Assembly (NCBI GenBank): GCA_051532055.1
Contig: JAOPTX010000038.1
Span: 21,471 to 85,470, forward strand
Direction: 5' to 3'
DNA length: 64,000 nt
Source: Fibrobacterales bacterium
GTDB taxonomy: Bacteria > Fibrobacterota > Fibrobacteria > Fibrobacterales > JAOPTW01
Part shown: in pieces, positions 55,767-64,000 of the stretch
How the letters are laid out: every line of letters starts with the position of its first letter
Numbering within the stretch: position 1 is the first letter of the stretch
Position numbers and translations under genes: made by a program
Notes under the pieces: generated by a model
What the model was told of the DNA's origin: nothing
Databases searched by the model: none
The model's input: the letters and a program-made list of their open reading frames with translations, nothing else

Positions 55767-55795
55767 CTAAAAAACGATAGAACTTGATGTAAGAG

Positions 55796-55996
55796 TTACT
55801 CTTTGGCAATTTTAATTATTTCAACAGGACAGCACTCAACTGCTTCAATAATCTCATCTTCAAGAGAGAGGTCTGCATCATCTAATACAATAACTTTTTC
55901 GGGCACTTCAAAAACAGCATCACAGATCGCTTCACAGGCACCACACATGGTGCATTCATTTTCACTTTCATCAATCCACACTCTTTTGATAGCCAT
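55796..55996 (-). CDS. Monocluster [4Fe-4S] ferredoxin
   Basis: 'CTMCGACEAIC...CCPVEII'; GAGGA RBS. Confidence 0.92.
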   Translation of the reverse strand: MAIKRVWIDESENECTMCGACEAICDAVFEVPEKVIVLDDADLSLEDEIIEAVECCPVEIIKIAKE

Positions 55997-56255
55997 TAAG
56001 TCCTCTTTAGTTTTTCGGGTATTGTATCAGTATTGGGCTATAATGTAACTAGAATAGTAGTAATCGACATCATTTTCATAAAACAAGTACAATCTTGACT
56101 TCAATGTTTCTGAATGAGCCTATTTCGATCTCAGGTTTGTTCAAGAAAAGTACATAAGTTTATATATTTAAGGCGGAATTATGTGGGCAAAACGTGCTGT
56201 TTTGCTGTTTTGAATAGTACCGGAATCATATTCGGACTTTATGTGGGAACAACGA

Positions 56256-57047
56256 ATGACTCAAGCGAGCGAGACCATATTAATAAAAATCGGCGGATCT
56301 TTTGCTGCTGATACTATAAAACTAGCAGAATTGGCCTCAGCAATTCACGTTCTTGTGAATAAGTCCTATCGGGTCGTTTTGGTACATGGTGGTGGAAAAG
56401 ATATCAATGAAAATTTAAAACTCCTTGATGAGGTGCCAGAGTTTGTAAGTGGATTACGGGTTACTGATGAAAGCGTACTCAAAATGGTGGAGATGACTCT
56501 TTGTGGAACGATGAATAAACGGCTCGTACGATTACTTCAGGTAAGCGGCTGCAAAGTTGTAGGTATTAGTGGACAAGATGGTGAACTCCTTATCGCTCAG
56601 AAGAAATTAAAAGAAGGGCATGATATTGGTTTTGTTGGTGAAATCACTGATGTAAATACTCAACTCATAGACGATCTTCTTGCAAAAAAATGGCTCCCTG
56701 TTGTATCACCTCTATCGGTTGACCAGGAGGGAAACGCCTATAACGTTAATGCAGATGAGGCTGCATCTGCATTGGCGCGAGCACTTAATGTAGATCAACT
56801 TCTTTTTATTAGTGATGTTGCGGGGGTTCTGAACCGGGATGAAATAATTTCATACCTTAATGAAGGTGAAATTGATGAGTTGGTTGATTCGAAAGTTATT
56901 CAAGGTGGCATGATTCCGAAAGTTGAATCGTGTCTTGAATGTGTGAACAGTGGTATTGGCCGGGTACATATTCTCGGATGGAAAGATGCAGAGTCACTTG
57001 AGAGTCAAATAATGGGAAAAATAAACTACGGAACAATAATTAGTTAG
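56256..57047 (+). CDS. argB: Acetylglutamate kinase
   Basis: 'IKIGG', 'VHGGG', 'GLRVTD', 'NVNADEAA', 'GGMIPKV'. Confidence 0.95.
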   Translation: MTQASETILIKIGGSFAADTIKLAELASAIHVLVNKSYRVVLVHGGGKDINENLKLLDEVPEFVSGLRVTDESVLKMVEMTLCGTMNKRLVRLLQVSGCKVVGISGQDGELLIAQKKLKEGHDIGFVGEITDVNTQLIDDLLAKKWLPVVSPLSVDQEGNAYNVNADEAASALARALNVDQLLFISDVAGVLNRDEIISYLNEGEIDELVDSKVIQGGMIPKVESCLECVNSGIGRVHILGWKDAESLESQIMGKINYGTIIS

Positions 57048-57054
57048 GTACACT

Positions 57055-58257
57055 ATGTCATTAAAAGAGATGAACGATACATACCTCCTCGGGAATTACG
57101 CCCGTTACGATTTTGAATTTACTCATGGTGAAGGAGCCTATCTTTTTGACAGAGCGGGTAAAAAATATCTCGACTTTGTTGGTGGTATTGCGGTAACTTC
57201 TCTTGGTCACAATTTTGCGCCTTTTAAAGAGGCTATTGCAAAACAAATTGAGAACTACCTGCACATTAGTAACCTTTATGTTAATGAAAAACAAGTTGCC
57301 CTTGCCCAGCTTTTGGTCAATGCGTCTGATTTTGATAAAGTATTTTTTTGTAATTCAGGAACTGAAGCAAATGAAGCAGCGATTAAATTTGTTCGAAAAC
57401 ATTTTGATGTGATTGGTCAACCAAAGCGTAAAAAAGTTATTTCTTTTAATAACTCATTCCATGGACGGACCTATGGTGGCATGGCCGCAACAGGACAAGC
57501 TAAAATTCAAGAAGGTTTTGGGGCAATGCTTGATGGGTTTAAAGCTTTGGAATGGAATAATTGTTCTATGCTGGCCGAAGCTATAGACGAATCGGTTGCA
57601 GCAATAATTTTAGAACCAATTCAAGGTGAAGGAGGCATTTGGGTGCCTACACCAGAATTCATACAAGAGATCGGTCGCATTCAGGCTGAATATGGGATAA
57701 TGATTATAGCTGATGAAATTCAAACTGGTCTTGGCCGTATGGGAGCATTTCTTGGTTCAGATCGAGTTGGGTTGTTTCCTGATGTCGTGACGCTTGCAAA
57801 GCCTCTTGCTGGAGGCCTGCCACTCGGTGCAGTTCTTTTAAAGGATGAACTCGCATCTCAAATTAAACCAGGTGATCATGGTTCTACCTTTGGTGGAAAT
57901 CCAGTTTCTTGTGCTGTTGGTGAAGTATTTGTTAAAGAGATTACAAAGCCTGAATTTATGAAGAGTGTGCAAGAGCGAGCTACTCGATTCAAAAATGGCC
58001 TTAAAACATTAAGTGCAATGTACGATTTTCTAGGCGATGTTCGGGGAGATGGGTTTATACTTGGTGTTGAGACGAGTCTTCCTATTGCAGAGATAATTAA
58101 AAAATGTGCAGACTGTGGCCTGTTGATTCTGCGAGCCGGGACTAATGTACTCCGGTTTCTACCGCCATTAAATTGTACAGATGAAGAGATTCAAGTGGCA
58201 TTACATACATTAAATGATATTTTTCAAGAACAACAAAAGGAAGTGAACAATGGCTAA
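57055..58257 (+). CDS. argD: Acetylornithine aminotransferase
   Basis: '[14 protein letters not shown]', 'FHGRT', 'DEIQTGLGR', '[10 protein letters not shown]', 'HGSTFGGNP'. Confidence 0.95.
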   Translation: MSLKEMNDTYLLGNYARYDFEFTHGEGAYLFDRAGKKYLDFVGGIAVTSLGHNFAPFKEAIAKQIENYLHISNLYVNEKQVALAQLLVNASDFDKVFFCNSGTEANEAAIKFVRKHFDVIGQPKRKKVISFNNSFHGRTYGGMAATGQAKIQEGFGAMLDGFKALEWNNCSMLAEAIDESVAAIILEPIQGEGGIWVPTPEFIQEIGRIQAEYGIMIIADEIQTGLGRMGAFLGSDRVGLFPDVVTLAKPLAGGLPLGAVLLKDELASQIKPGDHGSTFGGNPVSCAVGEVFVKEITKPEFMKSVQERATRFKNGLKTLSAMYDFLGDVRGDGFILGVETSLPIAEIIKKCADCGLLILRAGTNVLRFLPPLNCTDEEIQVALHTLNDIFQEQQKEVNNG

Positions 58258-59488
58258 AAAGAGTTATAAAAAAATCGTACTTGCCTATTCTGGCGGGCTT
58301 GATACCTCAATAATTATTCCTTGGCTCAAAGAGCAATATGGGTGTGAAGTAATTGCGTATGCTGCAGATGTAGGACAGGGTGAAATAGACCCTCAGGCTC
58401 TTGAAGAGAAGGCCCTTGCGACAGGCGCTTCTAAATGTTATGTTCTCGACCTTAAAAAAGAGTTTATAGAAGAATACGCATGGCCGATACTTAAAATGAA
58501 TGCACGCTATGAAGGCACTTATTTGCTTGGAACCTCAATTGCTCGCCCTCTTATTGCAAAGCATCAGATGAAAATTGCAGAAGCTGAAGGTGCAGATGCT
58601 GTGGCTCACGGTGCAACTGGTAAAGGAAATGATCAAGTACGTTTCGAACTTACCTATAGAGCAATTAATCCAAACATTGATATTATCGCTCCATGGAAAC
58701 ATGAAGACTGGACAATCTCTTCACGTGAAGAAGCGATTGAGTATGCAGAAGAACGTAATATTCCCCTCGGTAGTATTTCAAAAGAGAAGATATACTCGGA
58801 AGATGGAAACTTGTGGCACCTGTCTCACGAAGGTGGCATACTTGAGTATCCAGAACAAGAGCATCAGTACGATATGTTAACTATGTCAAATACGTACGAG
58901 GCTGCTCCCGACAATGCTGAGTTTGTCACTATCGATTTTGAACAGGGCATACCGGTTAAAGTAAATGGTGATGCTCTCGGTGCGGTAGAGGTCGTTGAGT
59001 CTCTCAATGCAATAGCGGGTCGCAATGCTGTTGGGCTTTTAGACATCGTAGAAAATAGACTTGTAGGACTAAAGTCTCGCGGTGTCTACGAAACTCCTGG
59101 TGGAACAGTGCTCTATAAGGCGCATGAGCTTTTAGAATCATTGGTTCTAGATAAAAACACGTTGCAAGAAAAAATGAGACTCTCACAAACATATGCAAAC
59201 ATGGTTTATGATGGTGAATGGTTTACGCCCCTCCGTCAGGCGATGGATGCGTTTGCTAATGAAACTCAAAAAGTAGTTACGGGTAAAGTTACCGTGAAGC
59301 TTTATAAAGGGAATATTATCCCCATACACATCTCATCACCATATAGTCTATATGATGCTGAATTGGGTGGATTCTCTGACGTAGAAACTTATGATCAAAA
59401 AGATGCAACAGGGTTTATTAAATGTTTTGGTCTTACAATGACTACCCGTGCATTAAAGTTGGGTAAAGACTCAAACGTACAGTTCTAA
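58250..59488 (+). CDS. argG: Argininosuccinate synthase
   Basis: '[10 protein letters not shown]', '[14 protein letters not shown]', '[11 protein letters not shown]'. Confidence 0.98.
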   Translation: MAKKSYKKIVLAYSGGLDTSIIIPWLKEQYGCEVIAYAADVGQGEIDPQALEEKALATGASKCYVLDLKKEFIEEYAWPILKMNARYEGTYLLGTSIARPLIAKHQMKIAEAEGADAVAHGATGKGNDQVRFELTYRAINPNIDIIAPWKHEDWTISSREEAIEYAEERNIPLGSISKEKIYSEDGNLWHLSHEGGILEYPEQEHQYDMLTMSNTYEAAPDNAEFVTIDFEQGIPVKVNGDALGAVEVVESLNAIAGRNAVGLLDIVENRLVGLKSRGVYETPGGTVLYKAHELLESLVLDKNTLQEKMRLSQTYANMVYDGEWFTPLRQAMDAFANETQKVVTGKVTVKLYKGNIIPIHISSPYSLYDAELGGFSDVETYDQKDATGFIKCFGLTMTTRALKLGKDSNVQF

Positions 59489-60190
59489 ATGGTCACTGAA
59501 AAAAAAATAGGAGTGGTATTGCCGGCTGGTGGGGTCGGCAAGCGCTTTGGTGCTGATAAACCCAAGCAACTTCTTACGATACATGGTGTCGAAATATATC
59601 GACACTGTATATCGACTTTTCTTTCTCACTCTTCTATAACTCAGATTGCTTTTGTGTGCCCTAAAGATTACGTTGTTCAATTTACTGATGAATTCAAGAA
59701 AGATGATTCTATTACAGTCGTTGCTGGCGGTGAACATCGTTGGCAGTCTGTACAATATGGTGTCATGGCGCTATCACAAGATATAGAATATGTTCTTGCT
59801 CATGATGTTGCGCGACCTTTTATTCAAAAAGAGACAATCGATGCTGTCGTCGAAAAAGTAATTTCATCTGGCTCATGTATTGTCGTAAAACCTGTTACCG
59901 ACACGGTTAAAGTAGTGCATAATAATCATATAAGCGATACTATCGATCGCTCCACGGTGTACCTAGCACAAACACCTCAGGCTTTTAGGGTTGTAGAGCT
60001 TAAAGAGGCCTATGAAGAAGTTGCATCACTGGCAAATTTTGCTCCAACTGATGAGGCGTCAATTATGGAGTATCTCGGTAAACCCGTTTCGGTTGTATTG
60101 GGCAACGAGTGGAATAATAAAATAACAACTCCTCAAGATTTAATTCGTTTTGAACAGATGTTGGAGGCTTCGAATGGAAAAAATATATAG
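59489..60190 (+). CDS. ispD: 2-C-methyl-D-erythritol 4-phosphate cytidylyltransferase
   Basis: 'AGGVGKRFG..PKQ', 'HDVARP', 'AQTPQAF', 'KITTPQDL'. Confidence 0.95.
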   Translation: MVTEKKIGVVLPAGGVGKRFGADKPKQLLTIHGVEIYRHCISTFLSHSSITQIAFVCPKDYVVQFTDEFKKDDSITVVAGGEHRWQSVQYGVMALSQDIEYVLAHDVARPFIQKETIDAVVEKVISSGSCIVVKPVTDTVKVVHNNHISDTIDRSTVYLAQTPQAFRVVELKEAYEEVASLANFAPTDEASIMEYLGKPVSVVLGNEWNNKITTPQDLIRFEQMLEASNGKNI

Positions 60191-60665
60191 AACTGGTATT
60201 GGGTACGATGTGCATCGTCTTGTTGAAGGTCGTAAGTGTGTCATAGGTGGTGTTCATATTCCTTTTGAAATGGGGTTGCTCGGGCACAGTGATGCTGATG
60301 TTCTGATTCATGCAATTGCAGATGCGATACTTGGTGCAATGGGTTTGGGCGATATAGGAACGTTCTTTCCTGATACTGACCCGTCACTAGAAGGGATGGA
60401 TAGCATTACTATTCTTGAGTTTATTCAAAAAACTATGGAAGAAAAAAACATAACGCTGATTTCTATTGATTCGGTGGTGATGGCGGAAGTCCCCAAAATA
60501 AACCCACATAGAGAAGCAATGCAGCAACGTCTCGCAGGCGCACTCAATGTTTCGGTGAGTCAAATTGGTATTAAGGCGACGACAACTGAAAAACTGGGCT
60601 TTGTAGGGCGTAAAGAGGGAATTGCTGCGCAAGCAGTTGCAACAGTTGTAGTGCCCTTTCTGTAA
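60174..60665 (+). CDS. ispF: 2-C-methyl-D-erythritol 2,4-cyclodiphosphate synthase
   Basis: 'GIGYDVH', 'GHSDADV', 'GDIG..FP', 'KATTTEKLGF'; GGAGG RBS before ATG 60174. Confidence 0.97.
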   Translation: MEKIYRTGIGYDVHRLVEGRKCVIGGVHIPFEMGLLGHSDADVLIHAIADAILGAMGLGDIGTFFPDTDPSLEGMDSITILEFIQKTMEEKNITLISIDSVVMAEVPKINPHREAMQQRLAGALNVSVSQIGIKATTTEKLGFVGRKEGIAAQAVATVVVPFL

Positions 60666-60801
60666 AATATCTCTTTTTATAAAAAACTATTGTTTTTGTA
60701 ATTCCTTTATGGTAGAATCTTTTTATAAAAGATAAAAAAGCGCAAGTTGACTTCTTAAGAGCTAGATGCTCAAAAGCGCTATGAGTTGAAGCGAGGAATG
60801 T

Positions 60802-61344
60802 ATGTTATCTACAGGTGATGCAGCAAAACTTTTCCAGGTCTCTTCACAGACAGTTATTAACTGGCTGGACCAAGGAAGATTACCCTACGACCGAATTGGC
60901 AAAGGGCCACGAAGAATTGCAGAAGTAAATATTCTTCAATTTATTAAAGAGATTGGAGTCTCCGAAGATAGTCTCAATCAGCAGATGTTGCAGATGGTTA
61001 CGCAAAAAGCGGCAGCCTCTGATACAAATCAGATTGACCCTATGGTTATTCTCAGTAGAGATTTGAAAATTCTCTCTTGGAATTTAGGGGCAGTGAGACT
61101 GTATGGTTTTATTCCTTCAGAAGTGTCTTCTAAGGGAATGGATATTATTCATACACAACTTAAAAATAGTCACTCATCATTCGATCAGGCAGTTACGACA
61201 ACCTGGAATGATTCTATTCTAAATCTTGAGGTTACTCAAAAAGATAAAAATGGAATTGGACTCGATGTGGCGTTAACTGTTTCTAAAATATCCTTAACTC
61301 CTGATAAATCGGAGATAGGGTACGTTGTTGTTGCAAAAAAATAA
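60802..61344 (+). CDS. Excisionase-like HTH (HTH_17) + PAS-domain regulator
   Basis: 'LSTGDAAKLFQVSSQTVINWLDQG...GPRRI'; PAS 'ILSWNLGAVRLYGF..SEV...KNG...VALTVS'. Confidence 0.8.
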   Translation: MLSTGDAAKLFQVSSQTVINWLDQGRLPYDRIGKGPRRIAEVNILQFIKEIGVSEDSLNQQMLQMVTQKAAASDTNQIDPMVILSRDLKILSWNLGAVRLYGFIPSEVSSKGMDIIHTQLKNSHSSFDQAVTTTWNDSILNLEVTQKDKNGIGLDVALTVSKISLTPDKSEIGYVVVAKK

Positions 61345-61364
61345 TTGAATTGAACCCTTGGGCT

Positions 61365-61673
61365 CTACTCTGAGCTCTTGTGGTTTGATGAGTCTGGTGA
61401 AATAAATTTTATAATTTTTTCACCTTTCATTGACATTCCTAGTTGTGTGCGAGCGATGAATTCAATATATGCCGTATCACTTTCAAGTCGGACAATTTCT
61501 TTATCTTTCACTACGATCAATTTTTCAAGGCTATCAATGCGTTCACGCATGTTACTATTTCGACTAGTAATAAAATATTGATTGATCATGCCATTGGATC
61601 CGAGAAAAATGCGATAGACCAAAAATATGGTTATCGATAGGATGGCAAGAGGGATTATCTTTATTCGTTTCAT
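61365..61673 (-). CDS. ftsB: FtsB/DivIC septum formation initiator
   Basis: TM, 'GSNG', coiled coil, 'YIEFIARTQLGM...GE'. Confidence 0.85.
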   Translation of the reverse strand: MKRIKIIPLAILSITIFLVYRIFLGSNGMINQYFITSRNSNMRERIDSLEKLIVVKDKEIVRLESDTAYIEFIARTQLGMSMKGEKIIKFISPDSSNHKSSE

Positions 61674-62833
61674 ATCAATTTTTGATAAAACATATTCGCA
61701 CAAGAGGCAACATATGTTTTGAGTTCTAATAGTGTCAATATAGATAAAACTTGAGAGGCTGGCAGACCTGACTTATTACTGAGAGTATCTACATGGATTT
61801 TATCAGACGGCATGAGGTCGATTAGTGTCTGTTCATTGTTATTTAATATGATAGGTTCTTTCAAAATTGATTGAGGGGGCTTGTTTGCGGGTGGCTTTGT
61901 AATAGGTTTAAGGGGGGTATTACTATTTCTATGGCTTTGAAAAGGGTTGGCGTCAATTATTTGAATCACCTGATCAGGGTGATAAATAGGATGGGCTCCT
62001 TGGGCAATTAAGGTATTACACCCTTGGGAGGCGACTGAAAAAATGTTTCCTGGTACAGCCATGAGCTCTTTTCCTTCATCAATACAGTTCCGTGCAGTAA
62101 TTAAGGCGCCTCCCCGTGAGCTACTCTCTATTACGAGTGTTGCTTTACTCAACCCAGAAATAACTTTATTTCTTATCGGAAATGTCGTAGTGGAGCCAGG
62201 GTAGTTTAAGGGGAATTGAGAGATAACTGCACCACATTGTGAAATATCATCTATAATTTTTTTTGAATGGCCCTGATAAAGATCGAGAATGCCTTGACCT
62301 AAAACGGCAATCGTACGTCTGCCTAATTTGATGCACTGTTGGTGACAGGCACGGTCTATCCCTTGGGCAAGTCCTGATATAACAGTAATACCTTGTGTGG
62401 CAATGCCCTGTGTGATGAATTCAGCAGCAGCGGTACCGTAGTGAGTAGAACGTCTGGTGCCAACCATGGCGAGAGCATAGGTGTCTTCAGGGAGCAGTGT
62501 TCCTTTAACATAAATTAGGGGAGGAGCATAGGGAGAGTTTTTAAGATTAACAGGATACTCATCAGAGTCGAAGGTGATTATTGAGATACCATGTTCAGCA
62601 GCGCGCGCAACTTCACGATTGGCATATTCAAGGTTGGGACCGTTGAGGATATCAGAGATGATGTTATCTTTTAGGCGTAAATGCTTCAATGTATTCTTTG
62701 GTGCTTCAAAAAGTTTTGAAACCTTTGGATATTTTGCGAGAATTTTGAAAAATGTAGCAGACCCTACAGAGTCAATAGCATTGAGCGCAATCCAAAAGGT
62801 GAGCTCAGAAGTAAGAGTTAAAGAATTTGTCAT
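61670..62833 (-). CDS. dprA: DNA-processing protein DprA
   Basis: 'VGTR', 'SGLAQGID', 'FPIRNKVISGLS', 'GALITA', 'AVPG'. Confidence 0.96.
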   Translation of the reverse strand: MTNSLTLTSELTFWIALNAIDSVGSATFFKILAKYPKVSKLFEAPKNTLKHLRLKDNIISDILNGPNLEYANREVARAAEHGISIITFDSDEYPVNLKNSPYAPPLIYVKGTLLPEDTYALAMVGTRRSTHYGTAAAEFITQGIATQGITVISGLAQGIDRACHQQCIKLGRRTIAVLGQGILDLYQGHSKKIIDDISQCGAVISQFPLNYPGSTTTFPIRNKVISGLSKATLVIESSSRGGALITARNCIDEGKELMAVPGNIFSVASQGCNTLIAQGAHPIYHPDQVIQIIDANPFQSHRNSNTPLKPITKPPANKPPQSILKEPIILNNNEQTLIDLMPSDKIHVDTLSNKSGLPASQVLSILTLLELKTYVASCANMFYQKLI

Positions 62834-62885
62834 AATTTACCATAGTGCACAAATGAGCATTTAAATATACAAAGGATTCACTAGA

Positions 62886-63713
62886 ATGGAACAGAAAAAA
62901 TATACCTTTCAAGGACTTATGGATATTATGGCACGGCTCCGCAGTAAAGATGGCTGCCCCTGGGATAGAGAGCAGACCCATGAATCTCTTTTGCAGTATC
63001 TGATTGAAGAGACGGCTGAATTTATTGATGGCGTTCAGAATGGTGATGATGCTGAAATGTGTGATGAGTTGGGGGATGTACTATTACAAGTAGTATTTCA
63101 TGCGCAAATAGCAGAAGAAGAGAAGCGGTTTACTATAGAGGACGTAATTTCTGCTATATCAAATAAAATGGTTCACCGGCATCCCCATGTTTTTGGTGAC
63201 CTTAAGCTGAATACCAGTGATGATGTCCTGAATAACTGGGATTCTTTTAAGAAAATTGAAAAAGAGAATCGGGGTATTGCCGAAGAAGAGACTGTTATGA
63301 AAGGGCTCCCTAAAACAATGCCGGCACTTTCGTTAGCAAAGAAAATTCAAAATCGAGCTGCGAAGGTAGGTTTTGACTGGCCTAATACTGATGGGGTGTA
63401 CGAAAAAATTACTGAAGAGATTGATGAGTTTAAGGCTGAGATTAAGGCTGAGATTGATAGACCTGAAGCGCTCTATGAACAAAATACACCAGTTTCAGAG
63501 GCTGCGGAAGAAGAATTTGGTGATATACTATTTAGTATGGTTAATTTAGGTCGTAAATTTGGTATTGACCCTGAGATTTCTCTCAGAAAAGCAAATAATA
63601 AATTTGTGGGTCGATTTAAAAAAATGGAAGAAATATCAGAAAAAGAACTGAAGGGTCAATCATTAGAGGAGCTCGATGCGTTATGGAATCGGGTAAAAAA
63701 GATTAATCTATAA
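62886..63713 (+). CDS. mazG: Nucleoside triphosphate pyrophosphohydrolase MazG
   Basis: 'GCPWDREQT', 'DELGDVLLQVVFH', 'HRHPHVF', 'GFDWP', 'EEFGDILF'. Confidence 0.96.
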   Translation: MEQKKYTFQGLMDIMARLRSKDGCPWDREQTHESLLQYLIEETAEFIDGVQNGDDAEMCDELGDVLLQVVFHAQIAEEEKRFTIEDVISAISNKMVHRHPHVFGDLKLNTSDDVLNNWDSFKKIEKENRGIAEEETVMKGLPKTMPALSLAKKIQNRAAKVGFDWPNTDGVYEKITEEIDEFKAEIKAEIDRPEALYEQNTPVSEAAEEEFGDILFSMVNLGRKFGIDPEISLRKANNKFVGRFKKMEEISEKELKGQSLEELDALWNRVKKINL

Positions 63714-63915
63714 TGAGATTATTGACAATGAGTCCAATAGAGAATACTGCGCAACAGAAAAACCAGAGAAGTGTTCCCGCATAGTTAAAGGCACGGGCAT
63801 ACTGGCTTTCAACGTCTTTATTCTTCACTTCTATAAGCTTTAAATTCTTTTTTAGATAATTTATGGTGAAATATATGCAAACGATACTTGCGACTATTGT
63901 AAGAAAGACACCCAT
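63703..63915 (-). CDS. Small two-TM hypothetical protein
   Basis: 70-aa ORF with two hydrophobic segments; converges on mazG. Confidence 0.55.
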   Translation of the reverse strand: MGVFLTIVASIVCIYFTINYLKKNLKLIEVKNKDVESQYARAFNYAGTLLWFFCCAVFSIGLIVNNLIID

Positions 63916-64000
63916 AATTACCGACTCAAAGCTTAAAATTTGTTGATAAAATATACAAAATGGCGCTCTTTAGAGGCAGAGTAGCTTAAAATTCGTCCTT

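Noticed and set aside
60802..61344. Prophage or ICE excisionase
   Set aside because: No integrase, att site or phage genes nearby; the HTH is fused to PAS among housekeeping genes.
1..64000. CRISPR arrays, tRNA/rRNA genes, transposases, defence islands
   Set aside because: No repeat-spacer periodicity, cloverleaf or rRNA signatures, or recognisable transposase/defence motifs seen by eye. mazG is the ordinary two-domain housekeeping type.

Overview
This is an AT-rich bacterial chromosomal window. It is probably from a Fibrobacterota/FCB-group organism (inferred from a FISUMP domain, Ser-rich linker lipoproteins, a T9SS-type C-terminal domain and a Bacteroidota-type TonB receptor), and there are signs of chemotaxis (CheX, sigma28-like promoters). 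From left to right it holds: a cluster of paralogous modular surface proteins with cadherin/Ig, LamG and CBM6-like or FISUMP domains (1-10 kb); an HD protein, a candidate ~80-nt sRNA and the carboxy(nor)spermidine dehydrogenase/decarboxylase pair; a PadR-led TonB-dependent receptor + lipoprotein + Ttp-type TonB operon (14.9-25 kb), preceded by an unannotated 36-aa ORF; a 7TM-DISM hybrid kinase with a degenerate ATP-binding domain; a T9SS-type Ser-rich cargo protein; housekeeping genes (queA, pseudouridine synthase, ppx, acs, radical SAM fusion, cdaA, folP, ftsH, tilS, hisI); dnaA with a variant DnaA-box array, followed by tol-pal-cpoB rather than dnaN; and cheX, ferredoxin, argB/D/G, ispD/F, an HTH-PAS regulator, ftsB, dprA and mazG. 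I saw no rRNA, tRNA, CRISPR array, transposase or phage genes. The strongest leads are a sigma28-preceded small protein ending in a FliM/CheZ-like CheY-binding peptide, the candidate sRNA, strong D-(S/T)-hydrophobic sequon enrichment in exported proteins, the pseudokinase, the hybrid TonB system, and DnaA/DnaA-box co-variation. All family calls come from motif recognition by eye, not database searches.
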